From Escherichia coli (GTDB lineage: Bacteria > Pseudomonadota > Gammaproteobacteria > Enterobacterales > Enterobacteriaceae), in NCBI GenBank assembly GCA_017639185.1, contig GCA_017639185.1_4892.1: 53,474 nt of DNA; one strand, 5' to 3'. Below are positions 19,519 to 27,921 of this stretch, in pieces. The position numbers and the translations under genes are program-made. Within the stretch, counting starts at the first letter, position 1. Each line of letters begins with the position of its first letter. Below the pieces are notes generated by a model. The model had not been told where the DNA came from and ran no database searches. It was given only the letters and a program-made list of their open reading frames with translations.

Positions 19519-19755
19519 AATGTTACCCACAAGTAGGAGACCGTGAGGCCGTTTGATGATTCACATTAATGATAGCGCGTGGAGGAGAGAAAGTACACCA
19601 CTTTTTAGTGAGTGTCTACACAATTTCCGAAAAATATAAAAAAATTTTAGAGGGGCTTCACTTATTATTGTGTTAAGCAAAAGGTTAGCTCCTGCCGTAT
19701 TACTCTGATGATGATTGGTCCTGATAAGGAGAAAATACCAAAAAATAAAAAAAAT

Positions 19756-19828
19756 TCCGCTGGCTCCTGGCGGGTAGCACCCTTGCGAAATTACCCCCCG
19801 CCGCACCTATTTCGATTGAAATGATTAC
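19756..19828 (+). repeat. control-region repeat unit A1
   Basis: About 70 bp, roughly 70% identical by eye to the unit at 19933..20003. Shared blocks CGGCTCCT, GCACCC, ACCCCCGCCG, ATTT.GATTGA, ATTAC. Confidence 0.6.
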
Positions 19829-19932
19829 TATGGTAACTATTGCGATTGATACAATTACCGTGTGAACTACTTCGGCCGTTATAGTACAAAGCGTCTATAA
19901 TTCAGATTGAAATTATATTTTTATAAATAATT

Positions 19933-20003
19933 TCGCCGGCTCCTTTAAGTGGCACCCCTACGTTACTATAACCCCCGCCGACCATTTTGGATTGAGTAAT
20001 TAC
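19933..20003 (+). repeat. control-region repeat unit A2
   Basis: Second copy of the unit at 19756..19828. Confidence 0.6.
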
Positions 20004-20149
20004 ATGCGAAACTATATCAATTGCATATGAGAACCACTCTCAATCGCAAGTGATTATCATTTCTAAAAACTTGCATAAACTTGCAATTCTTTTATGTACA
20101 ATCAATAGCGATTGGTCTATTATATATTTATTGAATGTGATGACTGATT

Positions 20150-20166
20150 GACCAGTCTAACTGGTC
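20150..20166. promoter_or_regulatory. perfect palindrome (candidate operator)
   Basis: GACCAGT-CTA-ACTGGTC, 7-bp arms. Overlaps a TTGACC -35-like hexamer. Confidence 0.45.
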
Positions 20167-20312
20167 TGGAGGATATTGGTATGGTTTAGATTTGGTAGGT
20201 AGTACTTAACCAGTCAACAGGTACATCTGGTAGATGTCAATGGTACCTTTTGCTCTTTAACAATTTGGTAACATGTTTCTTGTTGATAGTAACACTAGTA
20301 ATAGTTTCAACC

Positions 20313-20338
20313 AGTGACTATTGGTATCAATAGTCACT
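20313..20338. promoter_or_regulatory. perfect palindrome (candidate operator upstream of first early gene)
   Basis: AGTGACTATTG-GTAT-CAATAGTCACT, 11-bp arms with 4-bp spacer, about 30 bp upstream of the ATG at 20367. Confidence 0.5.
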
Positions 20339-20366
20339 CCTGGAAACTAATACAAAGGTAACTATT

Positions 20367-20669
20367 ATGAAACTGAACAATATCACGTCTGACGTAGAAA
20401 TGCAAGTCACAATCATGTCAATAGTTGAAGACATGCGCCAAGTGTGTATTGAAAGCAACATCTGTTATGATAACGTACAGCAATTATTTGTTGAACTTAT
20501 TACAGGTGCTGAAATAACTGATAATAAACTCTTGATTGACTTGGTCCGCGAAAGACTGATCTTAATTGGCGAAAACTTTGCGGCAGATGGCTTTAATGAA
20601 ATTTATCATGATGACTTCAGGCATTTGTTGAAAGTCGTACAAGCTGTTGAAAACGCAAGCGCGAAGTGA
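20367..20669 (+). CDS. early hypothetical protein
   Basis: 100-aa ORF, first gene right of the control region. AAAGG RBS. Confidence 0.5.
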   Translation: MKLNNITSDVEMQVTIMSIVEDMRQVCIESNICYDNVQQLFVELITGAEITDNKLLIDLVRERLILIGENFAADGFNEIYHDDFRHLLKVVQAVENASAK

Positions 20670-20762
20670 TTTCAATCATGACAACTTGACAAAAGTTGTC
20701 ATGTTTGGACTTACTTGCCAAGGATTGGCGCTTATCAAAATTCTATCAACGAGGATACATCA

Positions 20763-21332
20763 ATGACAACTATCAACTACGTTTACCTGACTTCCGCTTT
20801 TTCTGTCGAGTCTGTGAAATCTGGTCTGACTACTGAAAGTCTTGGCACTATTGTAGTGCAGATGGATAGTCTTCAGTACTTTGCCAATAACCAGATCATT
20901 AAGATGATTAAGTCGCTTAATGATGAAAGTTCTGTAAGTGTCAAAGACTCTAAAGAAGTGCTGGTGAAGGCTTTGTTTGACGAGCTGAACCAACTGGAAG
21001 TTGAAGAAGTCAAAGTTGCGACAACACGAGCATCCGCTGGTGGCTCTCGCAAATCGTCATCTGGTCCGTCAACTAAAGATACCTGCTATCTGGTGTTCAA
21101 AGATTACAACTTGATGGATAAAGAAGATTCCAAATTGGCGCTCGCTGATGCGATGAAAGCTTGCGGAATGGAAGCGGATGATATTAGAGCAAAACGTGTT
21201 ATCCAGTCATATATGTCATACTACCGGAACGATGTAAAATCTGGTAAAGTGACTGATGGCAAATCAGTAACTGGCAAAAAACCTGATACTGAAGTAAAAC
21301 CTGAAACTGAAGCACAAGAAACTGAAGAGTAA
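20763..21332 (+). CDS. early hypothetical protein with acidic/Lys-rich tail
   Basis: Start at ATG 20763 (GAGGA RBS) rather than track start 20715. C-terminus KPDTEVKPETEAQETEE. Confidence 0.5.
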   Translation: MTTINYVYLTSAFSVESVKSGLTTESLGTIVVQMDSLQYFANNQIIKMIKSLNDESSVSVKDSKEVLVKALFDELNQLEVEEVKVATTRASAGGSRKSSSGPSTKDTCYLVFKDYNLMDKEDSKLALADAMKACGMEADDIRAKRVIQSYMSYYRNDVKSGKVTDGKSVTGKKPDTEVKPETEAQETEE

Positions 21333-21398
21333 TTTTTGAGATGGCGCTCAAGTAGTGCCATCAATGAAAGTTATTCACAATCAACAGGAGAGAGAAAC

Positions 21399-21557
21399 AT
21401 GCTTAAAATTAAACTGACCAAAGACCAGGCGATGGCCTTGCGTGATATGATGATTGAGTTAGAGAAGATGGGCACTTTTTCTGATAGTTCTCACACTTCA
21501 ACTCTTGATTATATTGTTGAAGCCATTGACGACAAATTTTCAGGTTCTGAGGAGTAA
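21399..21557 (+). CDS. small early protein
   Basis: 52-aa ORF. ATG preceded by the 22-bp initiation block ATCAACAGGAGAGAGAAACATG. Confidence 0.45.
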   Translation: MLKIKLTKDQAMALRDMMIELEKMGTFSDSSHTSTLDYIVEAIDDKFSGSEE

Positions 21558-21562
21558 TCAAA

Positions 21563-21820
21563 ATGACTGACATTGAGATGAAAAAAGAACTGGACTTTTA
21601 TGCTGAGCAGTATTGGGCTGAATGGGATGAAGGTTCACAAGAATTTGCGGAACTGGTGATAGATTCAGGAATTGATGAAGTGCGCCAACACGCCTACATC
21701 ATCAACATGAATCTGGCGTCAATTATGGGTATCATCGCCAGCGAATTTTCTGATGGCGAGCGGGACCATGAAGACGTTGTAAGACTGGCAAAAGTTATGG
21801 CTTGGGTGGATGCATTATGA
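21563..21820 (+). CDS. small strongly acidic early protein
   Basis: 85 aa with about 20 Asp+Glu and 6 Lys+Arg by eye. Confidence 0.5.
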   Translation: MTDIEMKKELDFYAEQYWAEWDEGSQEFAELVIDSGIDEVRQHAYIINMNLASIMGIIASEFSDGERDHEDVVRLAKVMAWVDAL

Positions 21821-21990
21821 AAGACCTGAAATTGACTGAAGACGAATTGGCGCACCTGATTGAATTACTGGAATCAAATGCCCAAATTGTGAAAGATCAA
21901 ATATCTGATGCTGTTGGTGGTTCCAAAGAGTTTGATAACTTGATGGAAGATTTCCGGCTGACAATTCAGATCGCAACAAAGTTAGCATAG
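21817..21990 (+). CDS. small early protein
   Basis: ATG overlaps the upstream stop (ATGA at 21817..21820). 57 aa. Confidence 0.45.
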   Translation: MKDLKLTEDELAHLIELLESNAQIVKDQISDAVGGSKEFDNLMEDFRLTIQIATKLA

Positions 21991-22058
21991 TTTCAACAAT
22001 GAACTGTCCAAAGTTGTGATAGTTCATTTTTGAAATTATATCAACAGGAGAGAGAAAC

Positions 22059-22448
22059 ATGTACAGTGCAAAATGCGAAGATGGTATCTATACCGTATAT
22101 TGTGACGGTAAAGTACTCAAAGTTCTGCCAAACGCCTTCAAGTTTGAGCAATTCATGACGGTGTTGTGGGAGAGCCAGGAGATTAGTCGGGAAGACATTA
22201 TTGACCTGATGAATCCCTTGATGGGGTACCATCCAATTCGTGAGTTTGACAGTCGTCCAACTTGGTACAAGCTGGAAGATGGCAAAGTCTGGGAACAAGC
22301 CTGGGACAGATTTGAAGGTGGTTACGGCCACTGGACGGTTTACGTCGATGGTGATGATGCCCAACGCTACTGGGAAGCAATCAAAAATTGTGCGACCCGG
22401 GACGTGACTGATCCGGAATACGACGAGTCAAAATTTGAGGTCAAGTGA
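22059..22448 (+). CDS. acidic early protein
   Basis: 129 aa. Same 22-bp initiation block as the gene at 21399. Confidence 0.5.
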   Translation: MYSAKCEDGIYTVYCDGKVLKVLPNAFKFEQFMTVLWESQEISREDIIDLMNPLMGYHPIREFDSRPTWYKLEDGKVWEQAWDRFEGGYGHWTVYVDGDDAQRYWEAIKNCATRDVTDPEYDESKFEVK

Positions 22449-22648
22449 TGCCACTAGTCAAATTTACGACGGTAGACCTTGCCCATGGATTGCCACCCAA
22501 AGCTGAGCAAAAATTCTTGACAGTTGAGGAGTGGCATATCTGGTGCCAGTCAGCTCTAAAATCTGGGGCTAAACGCACTAATGGTGGAAAAGTGTTTACT
22601 CGCTTCAATAAAGAGTGTATAATAGTAGTTCAGGTAATGATGGAGTGA
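22448..22648 (+). CDS. small early protein
   Basis: ATG at 22448 overlaps the upstream stop (TGATG). Confidence 0.4.
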   Translation: MPLVKFTTVDLAHGLPPKAEQKFLTVEEWHIWCQSALKSGAKRTNGGKVFTRFNKECIIVVQVMME

Positions 22649-22897
22649 TATTAATCAAGTCCTGGTACTGACAGGGCTTGATTAAAAGCTGGTAATTGAT
22701 TCAATCCTGAGGATTTGCCAAAAGTCCTCATGATTGAATTAACCCACAAGTGGAGGCCTTATGGTCCGATGTAAACATGTTGTTGAGTATTCTGTTGTGA
22801 ATCCTGCATATGCTGAAGGTCGGGCTATGAGGAAGCTGGTTGGGATCTTTCTGATAATTCTTATGGTATTGGCTTATGTTTTCTAAGGATGATTTAT

Positions 22898-23065
22898 ATG
22901 ACATTGCTCGACGTGTTAATCAACGCGATTTATCTGGTGTTACCGATCTTTTTTCTGCCGGCACTTCTGACGATGCGGTATTACGCGAAGCGGAGCGGCG
23001 CCAAGCAGAAATACAAAGAACTGCAAGCTGCTGGAATTATCAACCCCCGAAAACTGTACCGTTAA
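22898..23065 (+). CDS. small predicted membrane protein (alternative to track ORF 22876..23121)
   Basis: Hand translation MTLLDVLINAIYLVLPIFFLPALLTMRYYAKRSGAKQKYKELQAAGIINPRKLYR. AAGGA RBS 8 nt upstream. One hydrophobic helix. Confidence 0.35.
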   Translation: MTLLDVLINAIYLVLPIFFLPALLTMRYYAKRSGAKQKYKELQAAGIINPRKLYR

Positions 23066-23120
23066 CCTGGGTTGACATGACAATTTGGTTATTGAATAAA
23101 CTTGGAATAAGGAGCAAATA

Positions 23121-23300
23121 ATGTTTAAATTCTTACAACGTAACCCGGTCAAAGGTGGCATGCAATACTGGGTGGATATTCATGGCGGTGAGTATATGAT
23201 GATCGTCCGCGATGGTAAACCTGCTGAAAGCTCTTTCGCTAAAGGTTGCAACGTTTACAACCAACTGTTTGAGTTCCTGGTTGAAGGCGATTACTTGTGA
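23121..23300 (+). CDS. small early protein (59 aa, below track threshold)
   Basis: ATG at 23121 preceded by AAGGAG. Translation MFKFLQRNPVKGGMQYWVDIHGGEYMMIVRDGKPAESSFAKGCNVYNQLFEFLVEGDYL. Confidence 0.5.
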   Translation: MFKFLQRNPVKGGMQYWVDIHGGEYMMIVRDGKPAESSFAKGCNVYNQLFEFLVEGDYL

Positions 23301-23482
23301 TTGGCTTAATCCTGGCAACATGTGTGGCTACTCATGATTGTAGTTACAAAATTGTTGAATCCAACCCTGAATGGACTACCGTTGAACAATGTGCCGCCGA
23401 TAGTCCATACACCTTACTGAATCTTGGTATTATCCCTGCCAAAAATCAGCGTGTTATTTGTGACGAGCTGAAACAAGATTAA
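23297..23482 (+). CDS. small protein with N-terminal hydrophobic segment
   Basis: GTG start overlapping the upstream stop. N-terminus IGLILATCVATHDCS. Confidence 0.35.
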   Translation: MIGLILATCVATHDCSYKIVESNPEWTTVEQCAADSPYTLLNLGIIPAKNQRVICDELKQD

Positions 23483-23910
23483 TTGACGTGATATTGAGTG
23501 CCGGGCGCAACGTAATAGTTGTAGACCCGGCAAAATTGTTCCCATGTTAATTCTACTAGACCCACAAAGAGGCGATTTGATGCCTCGTTAAAAGTCGTGC
23601 CACTTGGAAAACAGTCAATCACATCAGCCTTATTCATCACCACGGTAGGCTGTTTTCTTGGTAGTTCGTATATCAGCACTGGCATCTTGTTCTGAGCCTT
23701 TGCCGATGCCGCACACTGTCTCCACCATGTTCCGATAGACTTGGTATTGTGCTTCTTCAGTTCAACACTGAAAAACGGCACACCCAGCAAGTCATCCCCG
23801 CCATTAATAGACTGTTGAAGATTGCGCTCAACAGTTAATCCGAACGAGCTATTAAATTTTTTAGCCATTTTACGCTCAAAGTTCTGCCCCTTGGCTCTAA
23901 TATTTACCAT
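23479..23910 (-). CDS. PD-(D/E)XK nuclease, Hjc-like Holliday-junction resolvase candidate
   Basis: KGQNFERK...GGDDLL...FSVELKK pattern (E, D, ExK spacing) read by eye. Stop codon shares bases with the convergent plus-strand stop at 23479..23482. Confidence 0.35.
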   Translation of the reverse strand: MVNIRAKGQNFERKMAKKFNSSFGLTVERNLQQSINGGDDLLGVPFFSVELKKHNTKSIGTWWRQCAASAKAQNKMPVLIYELPRKQPTVVMNKADVIDCFPSGTTFNEASNRLFVGLVELTWEQFCRVYNYYVAPGTQYHVN

Positions 23911-24410
23911 GCACTGTTTCCTTTTAAAATCTGGACTACGCGGTCCAAAGAGTTACCATTTTCTACTTGTTTTTTCCATACTGTCATAATTCTTGACTTA
24001 AGCCTTGCTCTTCCGTGGCAGTCAGCTGTAGCATACGCACGGAGTAAGTCTATTTCATCAGACAGTAGATCCAGCGCTGGTTGAAGCTCTGGTGCAACAT
24101 AATAACCATTCCCACGAATGGTTGGGAATACTTCTTCGTATGCCCAGCGCTGAAATGCTTTAGCTGATTCAAGATGTGAACCGAATATAGCCTGATAAAT
24201 ACCAGGTTCAGTTACCCATACGGCTCCTTTGTCATCAGTAATTTTATAATCGCTGTCTAACCTTTTATAAAGTTTTTTCGAGTGACTGTAGCCTAGCGCT
24301 TTAGATAAATCGCTTCCTTTAACAACAATGAGGGGAACCATTTTGGTTCCTCTATTAATTGATGAAAATGTGATATTTTTACCTTCAAATACTTTTACAA
24401 TTGGATTCAT
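23904..24410 (-). CDS. Bro-N domain protein (antirepressor-like)
   Basis: N-terminal FEGKNITFSSINRG...VKGSDLSKALGYSHSKKLYKRLDSDYK matches the Bro-N pattern. Start uncertain (24410, 24425 or 24473). Confidence 0.5.
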   Translation of the reverse strand: MNPIVKVFEGKNITFSSINRGTKMVPLIVVKGSDLSKALGYSHSKKLYKRLDSDYKITDDKGAVWVTEPGIYQAIFGSHLESAKAFQRWAYEEVFPTIRGNGYYVAPELQPALDLLSDEIDLLRAYATADCHGRARLKSRIMTVWKKQVENGNSLDRVVQILKGNSAW

Positions 24411-24671
24411 AGTTGCACAACTCATCTGTTGAATAATAAATATATTATAACACACACTAACATACAATAACATAGTAAATATCACCGAAGCTTGCCACGC
24501 CTGGCTTTAGACATGCCTACGAATTATTTATCAGTCCGGTTTTTTATTATTTTTCGCCAGCGTAAATTTTTTTTCATCCGGTTCTGATATTAATAAAGAG
24601 ATAAACCGGATCATACATATAGACGCCTCTAAGTAGCTGTTTTTATTACTTCTAATATAATTAATAATATA

Positions 24672-24692
24672 TAATAATAATAATAATAATAA
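24672..24692. repeat. (AAT)n microsatellite inside an AT-rich intergenic region
   Basis: ATAATAATAATAATAATAATAA read directly. Confidence 0.8.
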
Positions 24693-24869
24693 ATAAATAT
24701 ATACCCCCTTTTATCCGGTACTTGGATCCCCTTATTACCCCCCTTTTTCTTTATAAAGGGCTCCATATATTTACTAATTCATGTAAAAAGAAAAGAGTAT
24801 ATAAAACAGTAGCTTAAGTGCACTTAATTCGAAAAACACGGTTTATTTATTCCATAACTAGTCTACCGG

Positions 24870-24922
24870 AGCAAAAAGAGTATATAAAATAAGGGCTTAC
24901 GTATTTTACTACATAAGCCCTT
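24870..24922 (-). terminator. intrinsic terminator after the primase-helicase gene
   Basis: Inverted repeat AAGGGCTTA (24891..24899) / TAAGCCCTT (24914..24922) immediately after the stop at 24927. T-rich run follows on the minus strand. Confidence 0.55.
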
Positions 24923-24926
24923 GATT

Positions 24927-27461
24927 TTACTTAAGTTTCTTGGCTTCGTCGTATCCCCGTTCAGTTAAACAGTAGATATTTGCCGATTTCCCTCTTGTGG
25001 GTTTGTATATTTGAACTGCTAAATAGTCCTGGTCAATCATATCCTGCAGCATACCGTCAATAACCTTGTTATTAGCGGTTATATTAAAGCCATAATTGGA
25101 CTTGAACCAACTTAATGATTGCCGGATAGCATATATGCTAAGCCCGTTCATTTTCAGATGGTCTTCCCGTAAGCTTCTTACAACACCTTCAGGATAATGC
25201 TTAACAATACCGTTCCAGCCTCTTTTGGTGTAAAGGGCCAAAATGTCCCTGTAGACTTTGAGGAAGCCGTCAACTACTTCAGCGTTGGTAGTCGGAGGTG
25301 CGACTATCCTGCTTGTGTTATTGACCCAGGCGGTTATACAACGAAGAACGTATTTGTAAGCCCATTCGATGTTGTCCCTGGTCATTACAGGAGCATCCCA
25401 GTTGTCGAGTAAGCCAATCAGTGCTGCTATGTTGAATACATACTCACCCATTCGGCCCACAAAGGCAGATGCTACTTCGTTGTCCCTGTAATACTGGCGC
25501 ATGTCATTAATATTGCACTGGTATTCGTACAGGAAGTCGTCATCATCCGATTCGTCGTAAATAGGAATCGGGTCATGCCTTAGTTTACCGTTAGGCGGGA
25601 TAGCATTCACATAAGCGATTGCTTCCAGCTTCTCAATCAGTTCCTTTGAAAAGGATGTACGGCGAATCTGCTGGCGACGTCCTACTTTCTCAGGTTTGGC
25701 AAACTCCGCTCGTTCATAGTTAGGGATGAACAGGAAGCGGGGCAAAAAGCCACTTGAGAAGTCTTGCTTGCGGGTGTTGTCAAGAATAAGCTCTTGAGTG
25801 GAGTCACCCAGGATAGAGTAGCACGGTTCGCTTACTGTCTTGACATCATTGTCAGCATTAGCACGTTTGATACCTGTCAGTATACCGCCAACCTTACGCT
25901 TGGTTGAAGCGTCCATCAGAGCTTTCTGAAAGTTGTCCGGGTTGTTAGGATTCATGCGTAAGCCTGAACCTAAAGCCAGACCAAATTCAGGATAGAACAG
26001 CTGGACTGAATGGTATGACGGGTTGGACATCAGTTCAGCAAACGTCCTGGTTGCAAAAGTCTGCTCCCTTGGAATACGATTAAGGCTGATAGGCGATGTG
26101 TCAGGTAAACCAGCCTGGATTTGTGGGAACATTTCGGTATACAACGATTTACCGATTGATGAACCACCCACAAGAATGATGTTGGTTACCAGGAAGTTAG
26201 CATGACCGCCTACTGGACAAACATACTTACGACCAGCGCAGTTGCTCAGGATGTTAAGAGCTGTGCCAATTGCATAGTCGTTAACCCTGTTAGCCGGAGA
26301 TATGTTATCCTGTATCTCAGCAATAAGCCGTTTAAACCCGGACGGGGCCGTTCTGACAAATACATCAGATGGCAGAATATCGTCGTTGACTTTGAACTCA
26401 ACGTTCTCAGCCAGTGATACCCCAGAATTCTTGGCTAACTCTTTGTTAATGTCAAGAGCAAACTTGGTCTTAACGAATAAGCCGTCACGTTGCATCTCTT
26501 TCAGCACAGTCTTACCGACACGACTGAACCACTGATGGTACTTGTCAACAGACAGGCTACGCCGGCTAGGACGACGACCTTCGTATGCTGCAGCTTTGCT
26601 GGCCATAAAGATGCGTTGTGTAACTTCATAGTTACGGGTTACACGAAGCAAGTCTTTTAAGATACGGCTTAAACGTTCAGAACCGTCATTACTCACACCA
26701 ACACCGTCTGGTGCATGCTCATTCAGATAGTGTTCTAAAGCCCAGCGAGTATTGTCGGCTAACTGTTCGTACAGCTCTTTGTCATACTCTTCGCCACGGT
26801 CTTCGTCTTGCTCAAACTCAACATCAATGTCAGGTGCGCTTGATTCAAGAAAGAACTTCTCAATTGCTGCATGCCATTCACGGGCTGAAACAGGATTAGC
26901 ATTGAACTCACTCAACACGTTGCCCGTCATTACCAGGAACATCTCAGCCTTCTGGATTTTGATGTCCAGTTGTTCGTCTTTCTCTTTAGATGTTGCTGCA
27001 GTCCAGGGTAAAGGGATTGCAATGTGTTGCCCTTTGCCAGAGATTGACGTCTCGGCATAAGCACCACGGGTCCCCTCAATTATCGCCTTGTGGGTAGCTT
27101 CAATGTCTGGGTTATCTTCATGGTTGTCCAGGTCAACAAAGTACCACTGGCGAGGAACAACCAAAGCCGGCACAAAGGTGATATTCCCCTGCACAGCTTT
27201 AATCTTCATTTCACGATTGCGAATACAACGTGCCAGGGCGTCGTCGAAAGTCATCCACTCTTCAGGCACTGTTGTGCTGAAGGAACGGCCTGATGGCGCT
27301 CTTGCAGGTTTCTTCGGTTTGGATTGAACTTCAAGAGTCTCGTCTTCGTACGTTAGCTCAAAGATAGCCCAGCGCTTCATATCTTTGAAGACTTGGGGAA
27401 TCCCTTCTGGCTTAAAGTATTTCAGACCGAGAATATCACTCGGCTGACTCGTCATTGTCAT
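24927..27461 (-). CDS. primase-helicase (archaeo-eukaryotic primase N-terminal domain plus C-terminal P-loop NTPase; D5/P4-like architecture)
   Basis: AEP motifs YFVDLDNHED (DxD) and SISGKGQHIAI (sGxGxH). Walker A LVGGSSIGKS mid-protein. 844 aa. Confidence 0.6.
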   Translation of the reverse strand: MTMTSQPSDILGLKYFKPEGIPQVFKDMKRWAIFELTYEDETLEVQSKPKKPARAPSGRSFSTTVPEEWMTFDDALARCIRNREMKIKAVQGNITFVPALVVPRQWYFVDLDNHEDNPDIEATHKAIIEGTRGAYAETSISGKGQHIAIPLPWTAATSKEKDEQLDIKIQKAEMFLVMTGNVLSEFNANPVSAREWHAAIEKFFLESSAPDIDVEFEQDEDRGEEYDKELYEQLADNTRWALEHYLNEHAPDGVGVSNDGSERLSRILKDLLRVTRNYEVTQRIFMASKAAAYEGRRPSRRSLSVDKYHQWFSRVGKTVLKEMQRDGLFVKTKFALDINKELAKNSGVSLAENVEFKVNDDILPSDVFVRTAPSGFKRLIAEIQDNISPANRVNDYAIGTALNILSNCAGRKYVCPVGGHANFLVTNIILVGGSSIGKSLYTEMFPQIQAGLPDTSPISLNRIPREQTFATRTFAELMSNPSYHSVQLFYPEFGLALGSGLRMNPNNPDNFQKALMDASTKRKVGGILTGIKRANADNDVKTVSEPCYSILGDSTQELILDNTRKQDFSSGFLPRFLFIPNYERAEFAKPEKVGRRQQIRRTSFSKELIEKLEAIAYVNAIPPNGKLRHDPIPIYDESDDDDFLYEYQCNINDMRQYYRDNEVASAFVGRMGEYVFNIAALIGLLDNWDAPVMTRDNIEWAYKYVLRCITAWVNNTSRIVAPPTTNAEVVDGFLKVYRDILALYTKRGWNGIVKHYPEGVVRSLREDHLKMNGLSIYAIRQSLSWFKSNYGFNITANNKVIDGMLQDMIDQDYLAVQIYKPTRGKSANIYCLTERGYDEAKKLK

Positions 27462-27768
27462 TGCTGGTTACCTTAGAAGTTGGCTTGTAGTAATAAGATG
27501 ATTCAGTGTGTTGACGTACTGTCAAATAGCCTTCCTCTACAAGTCGGTCAAGACCTTCCTTGATTTTAGCCCGGGCTGCTTCGGGGTCTTTATAATACTC
27601 CGCTGCAGGTACGAGTGTTAGTGGTGATTTGGTAAAGTAGCGAGTTGGTAACTCTTTATTGAACAGGCCGACTTTTGTAATACCGCGTTGCTTGCAGGCA
27701 TACTCATTGCCTTCAGCGAGTAGCTTAATACCGTTGCGAATATGCCGCAACAGTTTTGGCTTTATCAT
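27436..27768 (-). CDS. hypothetical protein
   Basis: 110-aa ORF overlapping the primase start. First gene of the leftward island. Confidence 0.4.
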   Translation of the reverse strand: MIKPKLLRHIRNGIKLLAEGNEYACKQRGITKVGLFNKELPTRYFTKSPLTLVPAAEYYKDPEAARAKIKEGLDRLVEEGYLTVRQHTESSYYYKPTSKVTSNDNDESAE

Positions 27769-27921
27769 TGAGTCTCTCCTCTTGTTTGTGGGGCTCTCAT
27801 TATATACACGTTATTAAACCAGAGTAAATAGACTTTTATGTATTTTATACATTTATATCTATTTACTTTCCCCTCCTTTATATACATAATAGACGTACAT
27901 TCTGCTAAGGAGATACAACCA

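Noticed and set aside
19531-20366. Lysogeny module (integrase, CI-like repressor, attP)
   Set aside because: No tyrosine or serine recombinase motifs and no helix-turn-helix repressor were recognised anywhere. The Bro-N protein alone does not establish temperate lifestyle.
24672-24692. CRISPR array or spacer-like repeats in the AT-rich interval
   Set aside because: Only an (AAT)n microsatellite and two copies of a 16-bp element. No regularly spaced repeat-spacer structure.
24927-27461. Single-subunit (T7-like) RNA polymerase as identity of the 844-aa protein
   Set aside because: It carries AEP primase motifs (DxD, sGxGxH) and a Walker A P-loop, and I see none of the RNA polymerase landmarks.
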